DNA of 64,000 bases from Hyaloraphidium curvatum SAG 235-1 (taxonomy: Eukaryota; Fungi; Monoblepharomycota): NCBI GenBank assembly GCA_025558095.1, contig JAIVFI010000030.1, positions 372,001 to 436,000 of the forward strand. The letters run 5' to 3'. The notes under the pieces are model-generated. The model did not search any database and had not been told where the DNA came from. It worked only from the letters and a program-made list of their open reading frames with translations. Both the position numbers and the translations under genes were made by a program. How positions within the stretch are numbered: position 1 is the first letter of the stretch; the number at the start of each line of letters is the position of its first letter. Positions 1 through 10,029 of the stretch are shown piece after piece.

Positions 1-267
1 AAGATGTCGCCAGATCAAAGGTCCATCACTCCCTCAAGAGCCTCCTCCATGCCGTACTCCGCCTGGAATTCAGGACGCGCAGAAGCCGGGGGAGGCAGGG
101 AGGTGGGTTATGGCGGTGAGGAAGTGCGACGAGCGGTGGCAACGTCACGCAGAGTGAGTCCGCCCCGCCCAGGCCGAATGGCGCCAACCAGCACCCCCGG
201 ATTCATTCGCAGCCCACCTTCGAGCCTAGAGTATACAGCGATGACTCCCTGCTGCAACCGCCCGAAT

Positions 268-2044
268 CTAGTAGAAGTCGATCACGCGCCTCAGCGCGTC
301 ATCCAAACCCGGCTGCCCCTCGGCGGCGGGGACTTCGGCGATGTTGAGCGAGCCCAGGGTGCGGCGCAGCTCGTAGGTGACGGCAAACAGCGTTTCGGGC
401 TCGACGATCCCGCGGCAGCTCCCGATGTCGAGCGCGTGCAGACCCGGGAACGCCGCGGCGAGGAGGTGCATCGAGGCGTCGTCGAGAGGCAGGGAGGCCA
501 GGTACAGAGAGCCGAGAGCCATCGTAGTCGAGTGCAGGAGAATCCTGATGCCTGTTTCGGTGACGGATGTGAAGGAGACGTCCAGGTAGCGGAGGCTTTT
601 CGTATGCTTGACGAGGGCCGCGATCGTGGCGTCCTGTTTCGAACACGTCAGCACCAAGCCCGCCAAGAAAGCAGGCCGAGGTGCTCACGCCGATGTTGGT
701 GCCGCGCAGCTTGACCACCAGCAGCCCCGGGTTTCTTTCCACCAGCCGCACGACCGCGCCGTCGGCCACGGCGGTTAAAGTCAGCCCAAGCACCGTCAGG
801 GAGGTCGACTGGAGCCTCGCCAGCGATTCGTCCGACACCGACGTGAACCCGAGGTCCAGCAGGGTCATCCCGTCCGCCTTGGCAAACGCGAGGGAAAAGG
901 CGGCGTTGCCGATCTGGAAGCAGAACTGCAGGCGCAGCCTTTTGATCGCGTCCACCCTGGCGACGAACGAACGGAAGTCCTCGTCACCGAAGCCCAGGAT
1001 CGGAATGCCTTCCTCCCGCAACTCCTCGCTCACATCCCAGGGACCGAGGAGCAGGCTGTCGAGGGTGCGAGGCGAGCAATCCGCAATCGCAGGGAAGGGC
1101 GTGGGCCCTTCGAGGGAACCCGAGATGGCGAACGTTCTCAGCCTGGGAAGCTTGAGAAGGATCGCGCTCCATACGGTCGGACTACAGTCGGCGTTGTGCG
1201 CCTGGAGGTGCTCGATGGTCCCGTCGGAACAGCGGACGCTCTTCCAAAGGAGACCGCCGGCGTCGAAGTGGCTCTCGGCGCGCACAGAGAGGGTCCGCAG
1301 CCCGTTCTGCCCCGAGAGAACGTTGCTGAGGCGGTCGAGCGCAGAGTCATCCGTCCCCGGGTCGAGGATCACCTCGACGCGGTTCAGCATGCGGCCGGCA
1401 TGATGGGGCGTGCGGCGCGCCAGGGCATCCATCCCGTCCGCGAATAGCAACAAGCGATCCGACTCGGTCCTCCCCGCCCCCGTCCCGAACGAGGTCCTCC
1501 TGCCCGAAAGCTCGAGGTCCGCGCACCCCCAGATCCTCCGCGACGCCACCTCGCAGAAGAGCCAGCTGACGCGGCACAGCTTGGCGGCCAGCTTCCGCCG
1601 GAAGCGGCACGGGCAACTGCATCCGGCGCGCTCGCACGAGGGGTCGCAGTACGGCTCTTTGCGGAACGAGCACGGCGGGAGGGCGAGGTGCACGATCATC
1701 CGCAGGATCTCGGGGGGCAGGCGCGGGCTGCCGGGGTTCCCCGCCTTCCGCGGGGTTTCCGCCGCGTCGATGACGGTGGGGAATGGAGCTGAAGCGCCGT
1801 CCGAACCCTCCGCCCCACCCTTCGGGCCGGCGGGCGCGAAGAAGGCCTCCATGCGGGGCTGCCGCGCCGACGCCTTGGCCGCGCCCGGGGCCCCCGAGTC
1901 GCGGCCCGGGCGCCCGACATCGACAGTTGAATGAGCAGGCATGCGCGTCGATGGCGCGGGAACGGCGGGGGAGCGGGAAGGAAGGCGGGACCCGCGGGAC
2001 GAAAACGCGGTTTTGGTGGTACGCCCGACGCCCGCAGACTCCAT
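268..2044 (-). CDS. F-box/LRR (RNI-like) protein, paralog 1; exons 2044(or 1942)..689 and 633..268
   Basis: F-box start LPPEILRMIV...LCRVSWLF..VA...IW; Cys-containing LRRs (LLDLGFTSVSD, LRYLDVSFTSVTE, LHALDIGSCRGI). A GT-AG intron at 688-634 joins ORFs 299..2044 and 268..666 in frame. Collinear with the paralog at 7645-9379. Start codon uncertain. Confidence 0.8.
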
Positions 2045-2094
2045 CCATCAGACATCCCCGGCACCGATCGCTTTCCGCGCGGCAGACAGGGCCC

Positions 2095-3849
2095 CTACGT
2101 CCCCAGCAGCAGCATCCCCACCAGCACCCCCAACACCCCCACCGCCGCCGCCCTCCCCGCCTGTTCCCCCAACCCCCACCCCCCCTTTTCCCTCCTCCGC
2201 GTCCCCCTGGGTGCCAGCTCGTGCAGCCGCTTCGCCCTCCGCAGGTCCAGAGCGCGCGAAGCGGGCAGCGAGGCGACGTCCCTTTCCCACCGCGCGGGGG
2301 CGGAGTTGGGCCCCAGCGCCGGGCCGGCGTGGCGCATGAGCCACGCGGGGGTGTGCCGCGCGCAGAGTTCGCGGGCCCGCCTCAGGAGGTGCTCCACGGG
2401 GATCCAGCTCGGCCATTCGGACAGGAACCGGTGCGCCAGGCTGGGGTCGGGTTCGAGGGCGAGCAGCCCCTCGCGCCGCGCGAGCACGGCGGCGGCGGAG
2501 AGGTACACGGGCATCAGCGGGCCGCTGGCCAGCATGAGATCCAGGGTGCGGGGGGTGGAGGGCAGGGGGTCGTGGGTGAAGAGGGTCAGTAGCTGCGGGA
2601 GGGGGAAGAACGGGGAGAAGTTCGGGAGGGAGTCGAGGAAGGCGCCGACGTCCGGGTCGGCGGCGCGCAGCAGCGGGGGGAGGAGTTCCAGGACGGCGAC
2701 GGTGCCGTCCATGGTCTCGCGCATGTGGTCGCGCAGCCAGAAGTGCGCGAGGTTGGCCAGGCACGCGACGCACGCGTCGGGGCCGAGTACGAGGAGGAGG
2801 GAGGAGGCGAGGGAGTGGAAGCCCTGGTAGTAGTGCAGGTAGGGGTACAGGGTGAAGAAGCGGAGGAGGACGAGGGTGAGGTTGCGGCGGAGGAGGGCGA
2901 GGGTGGGGGCCGGGATCGCTGGTACGTTGGGGGGGACAGTGAGTTGGGGCAGCGGGCGTGCGGAATGGCAAGGGGGCTCACGACGAGGCCAGTTGACGAA
3001 GCTGCGGTCGACGTCGAGGCGGATCTGGTCGCGGTAGCTCGTGTCGAACGACATGGTGTCTGTTGGTAACCCAGAAGACCTGACGTCAAGCAAACGAGGC
3101 TTGGCGCGGCACGTGGGACACCAACCGAACGTCGGATCCATCAGTCCGTGGGCAAAGTACTGCCCGTCGTCCACCTGCTCCATCCCCACCTCAGCCGCCC
3201 CATCAATCGGCGACGCCGGGTCCAGCTCGTCCAGCAAATCCTCCGTCGCGCGCAGGGCGAGCACCGCCGTCCGCCCCTCGGGCGCGATGGGCGGGGAGCC
3301 GTCCGCGTCGTCTTCCACGTCCGCATCCGGGGGCGCGGGAGAGGGAGGCGGGGAGGAGAGGTCCAGGGAGCCCGGGAGCACGGCGCGGGAGGCGTCGCGG
3401 GACAGCTCGGCCAGGGCGGCGTCGAGCAGCGCGTCGTCGGCGTCCGACCCCTCCGGCGGTCCATTATCCTCTGTCCCATCCTCAACGGCCTCATCCCTCG
3501 GGCCCTTGGCAGCGATTGCCGAGGGTGAGGCGGCCTGGGAGGGCGGGACCCCAGCGGGCCCCAGGGTGCCGACCTCGCCGCCCCGCCTCCCCGTCTCCAC
3601 CTTCCCCCCGAGCTCTCCGTTCCCGTGGGGCTTTGGCCACGACGCCATCTTCCGCGCCTCCCCTGCGATGTCCACGTCCGCCCTCGCCGGCGCCGCATGG
3701 AGGAGCAGCGGCCACACCAGCCGCCGCACGCCGTCGTCGACGAGGCCGTCGCGCGACGCGGCCAACTCGCGCAGGAGCGCGAGGTCCTTCCGCGACACGG
3801 CGTCGAGGATCCGCGCGAGCTTGGCGGGGCGTCCGCTTGGGGCGGACAT
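2095..3849 (-). CDS. TBC1D20: Rab GTPase-activating protein, TBC1D20/Gyp8 family
   Basis: LRELAASRDGLVDDGVRRLVWPLLL, QIRLDVDRSF (Arg finger), LHYYQGFH (Gln finger) and a C-terminal TM anchor (AAVGVLGVLVGMLLL). ATG at 3849; two short stop-free introns are likely, near 3065-3125 and 2920-2980. Confidence 0.85.
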   Translation of the reverse strand: MSAPSGRPAKLARILDAVSRKDLALLRELAASRDGLVDDGVRRLVWPLLLHAAPARADVDIAGEARKMASWPKPHGNGELGGKVETGRRGGEVGTLGPAGVPPSQAASPSAIAAKGPRDEAVEDGTEDNGPPEGSDADDALLDAALAELSRDASRAVLPGSLDLSSPPPSPAPPDADVEDDADGSPPIAPEGRTAVLALRATEDLLDELDPASPIDGAAEVGMEQVDDGQYFAHGLMDPTFGWCPTCRAKPRLLDVRSSGLPTDTMSFDTSYRDQIRLDVDRSFVNWPRREPPCHSARPLPQLTVPPNVPAIPAPTLALLRRNLTLVLLRFFTLYPYLHYYQGFHSLASSLLLVLGPDACVACLANLAHFWLRDHMRETMDGTVAVLELLPPLLRAADPDVGAFLDSLPNFSPFFPLPQLLTLFTHDPLPSTPRTLDLMLASGPLMPVYLSAAAVLARREGLLALEPDPSLAHRFLSEWPSWIPVEHLLRRARELCARHTPAWLMRHAGPALGPNSAPARWERDVASLPASRALDLRRAKRLHELAPRGTRRREKGGWGLGEQAGRAAAVGVLGVLVGMLLLGT

Positions 3850-3928
3850 TCTTCTGTTTGTGTGGCAAGTCCCTTGGCCCCCTTCGGAGCTCGCATCTGC
3901 AGACCCCGGTCGGCACCCCCTGGCCGCC

Positions 3929-6900
3929 ATGGCATCGCCGCACAACGCCGCATCGCAGCCTGCGGGGGCCGCGGGCGCCACGGCGTCGGCCGTGCAGCTC
4001 GCCGCGAAGCAGCTCGGCGCCGCCGTCGACGCCTTCCGCGCCGCGCGCGCGTCCTTTGCGTCCCACGTCGGCGAGCTCGCCGCAAAGGAGGGCTTCTTCC
4101 CCGCCGCGTCGCCCGCCGCACAGCAGCTGGTCGGCCTGCTGCGCCCGTTGGTCGCATGCGAGCAGTCGGCGGGCGTGCAGGCCGCCGCCGCGTCGGCCCT
4201 CGCGCGCATCATGCAGGCAGCCGCCGCAGGCACCGCGCCCGCGGACAAAAAGGCCGCGAGGGGCAGGGCGTGGGCAGAGTGCATCGTGCTTGGCGCGGCA
4301 GGCGCCGCGGAGCAGGAGCCCGCCGCCCGCGCGACGGTCGAGGCCCTGGTCGGCATCGTCGCGGGCTCGCCGCCGCCCGCAGACGCCGATGCGGCAAAGA
4401 AGCTCGGCAGGGGCCACCTCGAGGACCACGCGACCACCGCGGTGACTTGCTCCCCCGCGCAAAGTCCGCTCCATTCTGATCTCCACCCCTCCTTCACAGA
4501 AATACCTCCGCCGTGCGTCGCTCCTCCTCCTGCGCCACCTCGCCGCGCACCCCTCCGTCCTCCCCACCCTCCTGGACGCCGGCCTCGCCGCCGCCGTCGT
4601 AAAGTGCCTCGCCGACGAAGCGGACAAGGACGTGCGCGAGCAGGGCGCCTGGTGCCTCGGCATCGTCGGGCGCTCCGGCAAGGGTAGGCGCGCGCCGCGC
4701 CGCCGCCGGGGGAAGGATCACTGACGCGCCCGTTTGGCGCAGAGTTCGCGCAGCACGTCGCCGCCGCCGGCGCCTTCCCCGTCCTCGTGGAATGCCTCCG
4801 CGAGCCCGAACTGAGCGTCCGCAAGACCGCCTGCGCCGCCGCCGCCGACATCGTCAAATGGGACCCCGAGGTACCTCCCCTTCCCCTCCCCCCTCATCCA
4901 TCTCACTCACACTCCCGCCCCCTCCAGTTGGCCTCGCAGCTCCTCTCCCTCCCCTCCCTCCCGCTCCTCGCCTCCCTCCTCCGCTCCCCCTCCCCCCCGC
5001 TCCGCACCGCCTCCCTCTCCCTCCTCACCCACATCGCGCGGCACCCTCCCCTCGCCGAACGCACCGTGCTCCACCCGGGCGTGGCCAAGGCGGCGGTGAT
5101 GGGGCTGCACCCGTCCCGCGGTGGGCGGGAGCGGTGGGCGGGGGTGTGCTGGTGCGCCGAGGTAGCGCGGGGCGGGGAGGCGCTGGGGAAGCTGCTGGTG
5201 GATGCGGGCGCGGGGCCGCTGCTGGTGGCGTTCCTCGGCCAACCTCCCGAGCTCGCCGTGGTGCCCGCGTCCTCGGGGGCGGAGGGCAAGGCCGACCCGG
5301 CGGTGCCGGCGATCGCCGCGCTGGGCCACGTGGCGGGGTACTCGGCGCTCCTCGCGCACGCGTGCATCGGCGCCGGCGCCGTGCCCGCCCTGGCCGCCGT
5401 CCTGGACCCCTCGGCCGACCGCACCCCCGCGGCCCGCGAATCCGCCGCCTGGGCGGCGGGCCAGATCGCCAAATGGTCCCCCCTGCACGCCGCCGAGGCC
5501 GCCTCCCACGCCGTCCCCGAGCGCCTCCTCGCGCACGCTTTCGGCGCATCCGACCCCGCCGCATCCGCGCACAAGTTCCTGAAGTCGTTCCTCAAGGCCG
5601 CCCGCGCGCTGGACCAGCTTCCCGCCCTCGTCTCCTCGGCCCTCGCGCTGCCCTCCCCTCCCCTCCCCATCGGCTCCCCCGCCGCCGCGCTGATCGCGCA
5701 GCGCCTCCTCCCCCTCCTCTCGTCCTCCCTCGCCGCGCGGAAGGAGCTCGTGCGCACCGGCGCCCTCGGCCGGCTGCTCGAATGGGACCAGGCGGGCGCC
5801 GTCGACCACCCCGGGTGGACAGAGGCGATGCGCGGGATACGGGGGTGCTTCCCTCCCGAGGTGATCAGGTGGGTCCCCCTCCCTTGTTCCGGTGCAGAGG
5901 GGGGCTGATGGGACGGGGTAGCTACTACACGCCGGGGTACGGCGCGAGCCTGCTGACCAGGATGGAGGAGCAGGCGGGGGGGAGGGCGGCGACGCCAAAG
6001 GGGGTGCAGACGGGGGGCTCGCTGGATGAGGTGCGGAGGGAGGCTGCCAAGATCGAGGCCGAGGTGGTGCAGACGCCCAAGGATCTGTCGAGGGCGCAGA
6101 GCGAGGCCAGGGTGTCGAAGCCGGGGAGCATCGCGCAGCTCGGCACGGCGCCGGGCGCGGCGATCGCCAGAGCACCCGGCACGGTCGCGATCGCCAAGGC
6201 CGACAGCATCACCCTCACCAAGGGCGCGAGCACCACCCTTGTCAAGACCTCCAGCATCGCGGTCGAAACCCCCGGCACCGCGATCGCCCCCCCTGCCGAC
6301 CTCCCGCCGCTCCCCGCGCAGATCGCCGCCGCCCCCGCGCTGCTCCCCAACCAGAGCGCCTTCACCGCGGGGTCCAAGGATCATCTGCAGACCAAGGCGC
6401 CGCAGCGGGAACCGGAGTCGCCGACGACGGCGGTCGAGGGCGTGCGGGGGACGCCGGGGTCGTCGGTGGAAGGGTCGATGGAGCGCCTCGTCGGAAGCAG
6501 GCCGTCCACCGCACCCCGGCAGGCGAGCACCCCGCCCTCGACCCGCACCTCCCGCCCCGCTTCGGCCGCCCCGCCGACGGCCTCCCGCCCGCCTCCAGCC
6601 GCGCCGCCGTCGGCATCCCGCCCCGGCACCGGCGTCCGCACCCCGCCCCCGGACCCCGAGGAGGGCATCGGCGCATTCACCGCCTCGATGCTGTCGATCG
6701 TGCCCTCCTCCCGCGCCGCGCAGGCCGGCAGCGTGGAGTACCTCGGCCCGAAGGAGGAAGCGAGGATGGCGAGGCCGCCGAGCGGGACGAGCCTCGCGCC
6801 GTCGCTGCCGCCAGCGGCAGCGGGGGCGTACGGGGACGAGGGGGAGATGACGGCGTCGCAGTTGGTTGCTGCCGAGGTCGGGAAGGTGCAGGAGGAAGAG

Positions 6901-7479
6901 GAGGAGGATGGGGAGGAAGCCACGCCGATCGCCGGCAAGCCCGGGCCCGAGATCGCACGGGAGCAGGAGCCCGAGATCGCGCTCGGGACCCCGACCGCGG
7001 CCGAGATGGCCGGCACCGTGGAGGCGCTCGCCGGCGGGGAAAGCGCGCTCGCCCTCGCGCTCGCCGCCGCCTCCTCGCGCCCCCGCACAACGGACCCTCT
7101 GCCCGAAGCCGATCCCACCGAAACCGGCCAACCGAACGAACCCCTCCCTCCCTCCCCCGACAGGCCGTTTGCCCTCGCGCGCGACTCGCAGATCCGCCTG
7201 GAAGTCCCCGCCGGCCTCGCGGAGCAGGTCGAGGCCGATATCGCGCGGTCGATGGAGGGCATGGACCGGGCTGCGGTGCCGCTGGAGCCGATCGCACCCC
7301 CGGAGATCCCCACGGACGAGCAGCAGCAGCAGCAGCAGCAGGAGGACGAGGGGGACGAGGACGAGTACCAGAGCTCGGTGGATTACTCCGAGGCGAGGGA
7401 GGGGAGCGGGTACGCGGATTCGGAGGACGGGCTGTGGGACGACGGGGAGGAGATCGAGGTCGGGGAGGGGGAGCAATGA
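3929..7479 (+). CDS. SPAG6: Diverged SPAG6/PF16 armadillo-repeat protein with a long low-complexity C-terminal extension
   Basis: Ordered SPAG6 landmarks: AFRAARASFASHVGELA, LLRPLV..VQAAAASALAR, ECLREPELSVRKTACAAAADIVKWDPE, PAIAALGHVAGYSALLA, ESAAWAAGQIAKWSPLHA, ARKELVRTGAL, IRGCFPPEVI-YYTPGYGASLLTRME. Introns at about 4442-4499, 4684-4743, 4871-4928 and 5869-5922. Confidence 0.85.
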
Positions 7480-7644
7480 AATGTAGAGTAGTGGACCATC
7501 GCTTATGCAAACAGTCGGAGGAAGGAAAGCGGGCGTGATCTTTGGCCAGCGATCTTCCTCTCGCGGCGGCCGACCGTTCCCATTCTTCCGCTGTCCCTCG
7601 CCACCGTCTCCACTCTTTCTCCCTCCGTACGCGCGTGTTCTGAC

Positions 7645-9379
7645 ATGGCCGCCCAAATCATCTGCTGCCCTCTCGCGTCGGCGGCCGCCGGGCGTGACGA
7701 AGGGCGGTTTCGCGCGACACCCCCCTCGGCGGCCCAGCCGCGAATCACGGCCTTCTTGGGCGCTCCGGAAGCAAACGTACTGTTGACGGGCATGTCTGGG
7801 TCACTTGAGAGGCTGTCTGCTCCGCGGAAGGACTCCGGGGAAGGACGCGTGCATGTCGGTTTCAAGGGCGGCCGTCGGCTCCCTCCAGAGGTCCTCCTCT
7901 ACCAATTCCTCCCGTGAGCTTCGTCGGATCTGCTGAGCATTTCTCGCGCTCAGCATACGCCCGCGTCAGGATGGCTCTCCCGCCCTGCTCCCGCGAGCCC
8001 TCGCTGGCCTGCGGGAACCCTTGCGACTGCCGCAAATGCTCCTGCACGTGTACGAGCAGGCGCAAACTTGCGGCCAAGCTGTGCCTCGTCTGTCGGGACT
8101 TCCTGCAGTACGCGTCGCCGTGGCTGTGGAACTGCGCGGACCTGGAGATCTCGGAGCGGCGCCCGTCGGTCTGGCCGCGGAGCGATCTGACCGAATCCGA
8201 GCGGTATCGGCGCTTCGAGGCCGGACTTAAAGCTTTGGCGAAGCGGGCGCCGGACGTTGCAGGAGGGCTGAAGAAGTTGACGCTGCGCGTCGTCGACGAC
8301 TGGGGCAACTTCGCGTATTGGAGTATGGAAACGGCGCCATTCCGGAACCTCAGTTACTTGAACGTCTCCTCATCGACGAAATTCGACGCCGAATGCATTT
8401 TCGAGCATATCTCCGACTCGCTGGAACACCTGGTGCTGGACGGCGCGGACTGCGATTTCGATGCTTGGGTATGGCAGATGGGTGTCCTTCACAAATTGAA
8501 GACGCTGTCCGTGTGCGGTTCTTTGGACACTTCAGCACCCTTCAGAGCAATAGCCACCTTCGCAGCCGCGTCACTGGAGAGTCTGCTGCTTGGACCGTGG
8601 ACCAAGAGCGACGGAGAGAGGGACTACGGGACGTCGGTGATCAGCTTCCAGGACAACGATTTTCGAACCTTCGTGAACCGGACGCGCGACCTCAAGAGGC
8701 TCCAGCTGTACTCGTGCGGTCTCATCACGCCTGCATCACTAGCGACCGCGCTGGGCAAGTTCAAGGGGCTCACACTCCTGGACCTGAGCTTTTGCCCCCT
8801 CAACGATGACGCGTGCATCAGGCTCGGCTCGCAAAGCCTCTCGACCCTCATTCTCGACTTTACTTCAGTCACAGATTCGGGCGTAGCTTGGGTAGTCGAA
8901 CGTAATGCGGGACTACGAACGATCAAGCTCTACGGCACGAGTGTGACGGTAGGAGCCCAGCTTACTGCCTGCCAAGGCTGCCGCTTACGCGTGTGATATG
9001 CCAGGACGTGACGCTGGATCGGATCCTGGCCACGTGCAAGTCTCTGACTTGCCTCAGTTTGGGATTCACGAATATCTCCGCCCCAGGACTGTGGAGATTG
9101 CTGCGGAACGGCGGATCGAGTGCGCTCACGAGCCTGACCTTGGCCAACCTCCCGGTCGACAACGACATGATCCTGACCCTTCCCACGAGCTTCCCGTCGC
9201 TCTACTGGCTGAACTTGTACGAGTGCGAAGGCATCACCGACGCGGAAGCCCTGTTCGAGATGGCGTTCGCGCTGAGGAAGACCGTGCGGAGCCTCAATTT
9301 CTCGGGAATCCCGGTCGTGGACGCTGAGCCGGGCTTCGAAGATGCTTTGGCCTCGATTATGAGCGATTCGATTTACTGA
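7645..9379 (+). CDS. F-box/LRR (RNI-like) protein, paralog 2; exons 7645..7913, 7970..8948, 9005..9379
   Basis: LPPEVLLYQFLP/MALPPC...RRKLAAKLCLVC..F...A...LW F-box followed by LRRs. Both introns are GT-AG and frame-consistent; the second is at the same position as the intron in paralog 1. Confidence 0.8.
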
Positions 9380-9386
9380 AAATACT

Positions 9387-9828
9387 TCATTCCTCCTCCG
9401 CCTCCTGGTACCCCAGATAGCAGCACGTGATGAAGATGAGGTTGCCCGCGAAGTCCCCGGCCGCTCCGAAGTTGGTCAGCGCCCCTCGCCGCCAAAACAT
9501 ATAGTCGAACACGATGTATGGGATCATGGCGATGCCGAAAGCTTTGTAGCTTGTCTTGCTTTTCGGCGGTTGGTGTCAGCCTTGGCATCGACGCGTGAAC
9601 CGCCCTGGGTGGCACCCACGTCATTTTGGTCGTGAGGAGGAGCAGCCCGACCAGCGACGCCTGCGAGCCGAAGCACTGCATCACGAGCTTCAAGGGCGGA
9701 GAGGCGCCGGCGGGGCCCAGGAAGTCCGGTTTGAAGCACAGCGGGATGAGAGTGTCCTGCGGCGCGAACATGGTCCCCAGGCCCATGCCGAGGAACACGG
9801 TGCCGAGAACGCGTTGCGGCGTGGCCAT
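9387..9828 (-). CDS. Small (~125 aa) 4-TM membrane protein of unknown function
   Basis: MATPQRVLGTVFLGMGLGTMFAP...MQCFGSQASLVGLLLL, one intron (~9560-9620), then YKAFGIAMIPYIVFDYMFW...GDFAGNLIFITCCYLGY, with TGA at 9387-9389. Confidence 0.7.
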
Positions 9829-10029
9829 CGCTATTGGAGGCGCGTCGCGGAGGGGTCTTTTTCGGAGAGATGGCCTGCAACCGGGTGGGTTCGGACAGTG
9901 GCGTTCGGGGTGGGTTTGAGGGTTCTTCCGCCGCGCAGCAAGGGTCTGTTCCTTCTGGGGCGTCCGATCCGAAACGGCCCGGTTAGAAGCGCCGCGAGCA
10001 CCGCCTTCGTAGCAACATTGCACTCGTCT

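Noticed and set aside
1-267. Minus-strand segment reading AEYGMEEALEGVMDL* after a TTCCAG acceptor near 64
   Set aside because: It could be an alternative last exon or part of a neighbouring gene, but I could not build a consistent exon chain and the F-box gene already ends at 268 like its paralog.
2095-4857. 920-aa minus-strand ORF suggesting a long N-terminal extension of the RabGAP
   Set aside because: The part above 3849 is antisense to SPAG6 and stays open only because of high GC; the family start fits Met 3849.
4903-7656. 917-aa minus-strand ORF
   Set aside because: Antisense shadow of SPAG6; low-complexity with no motifs.
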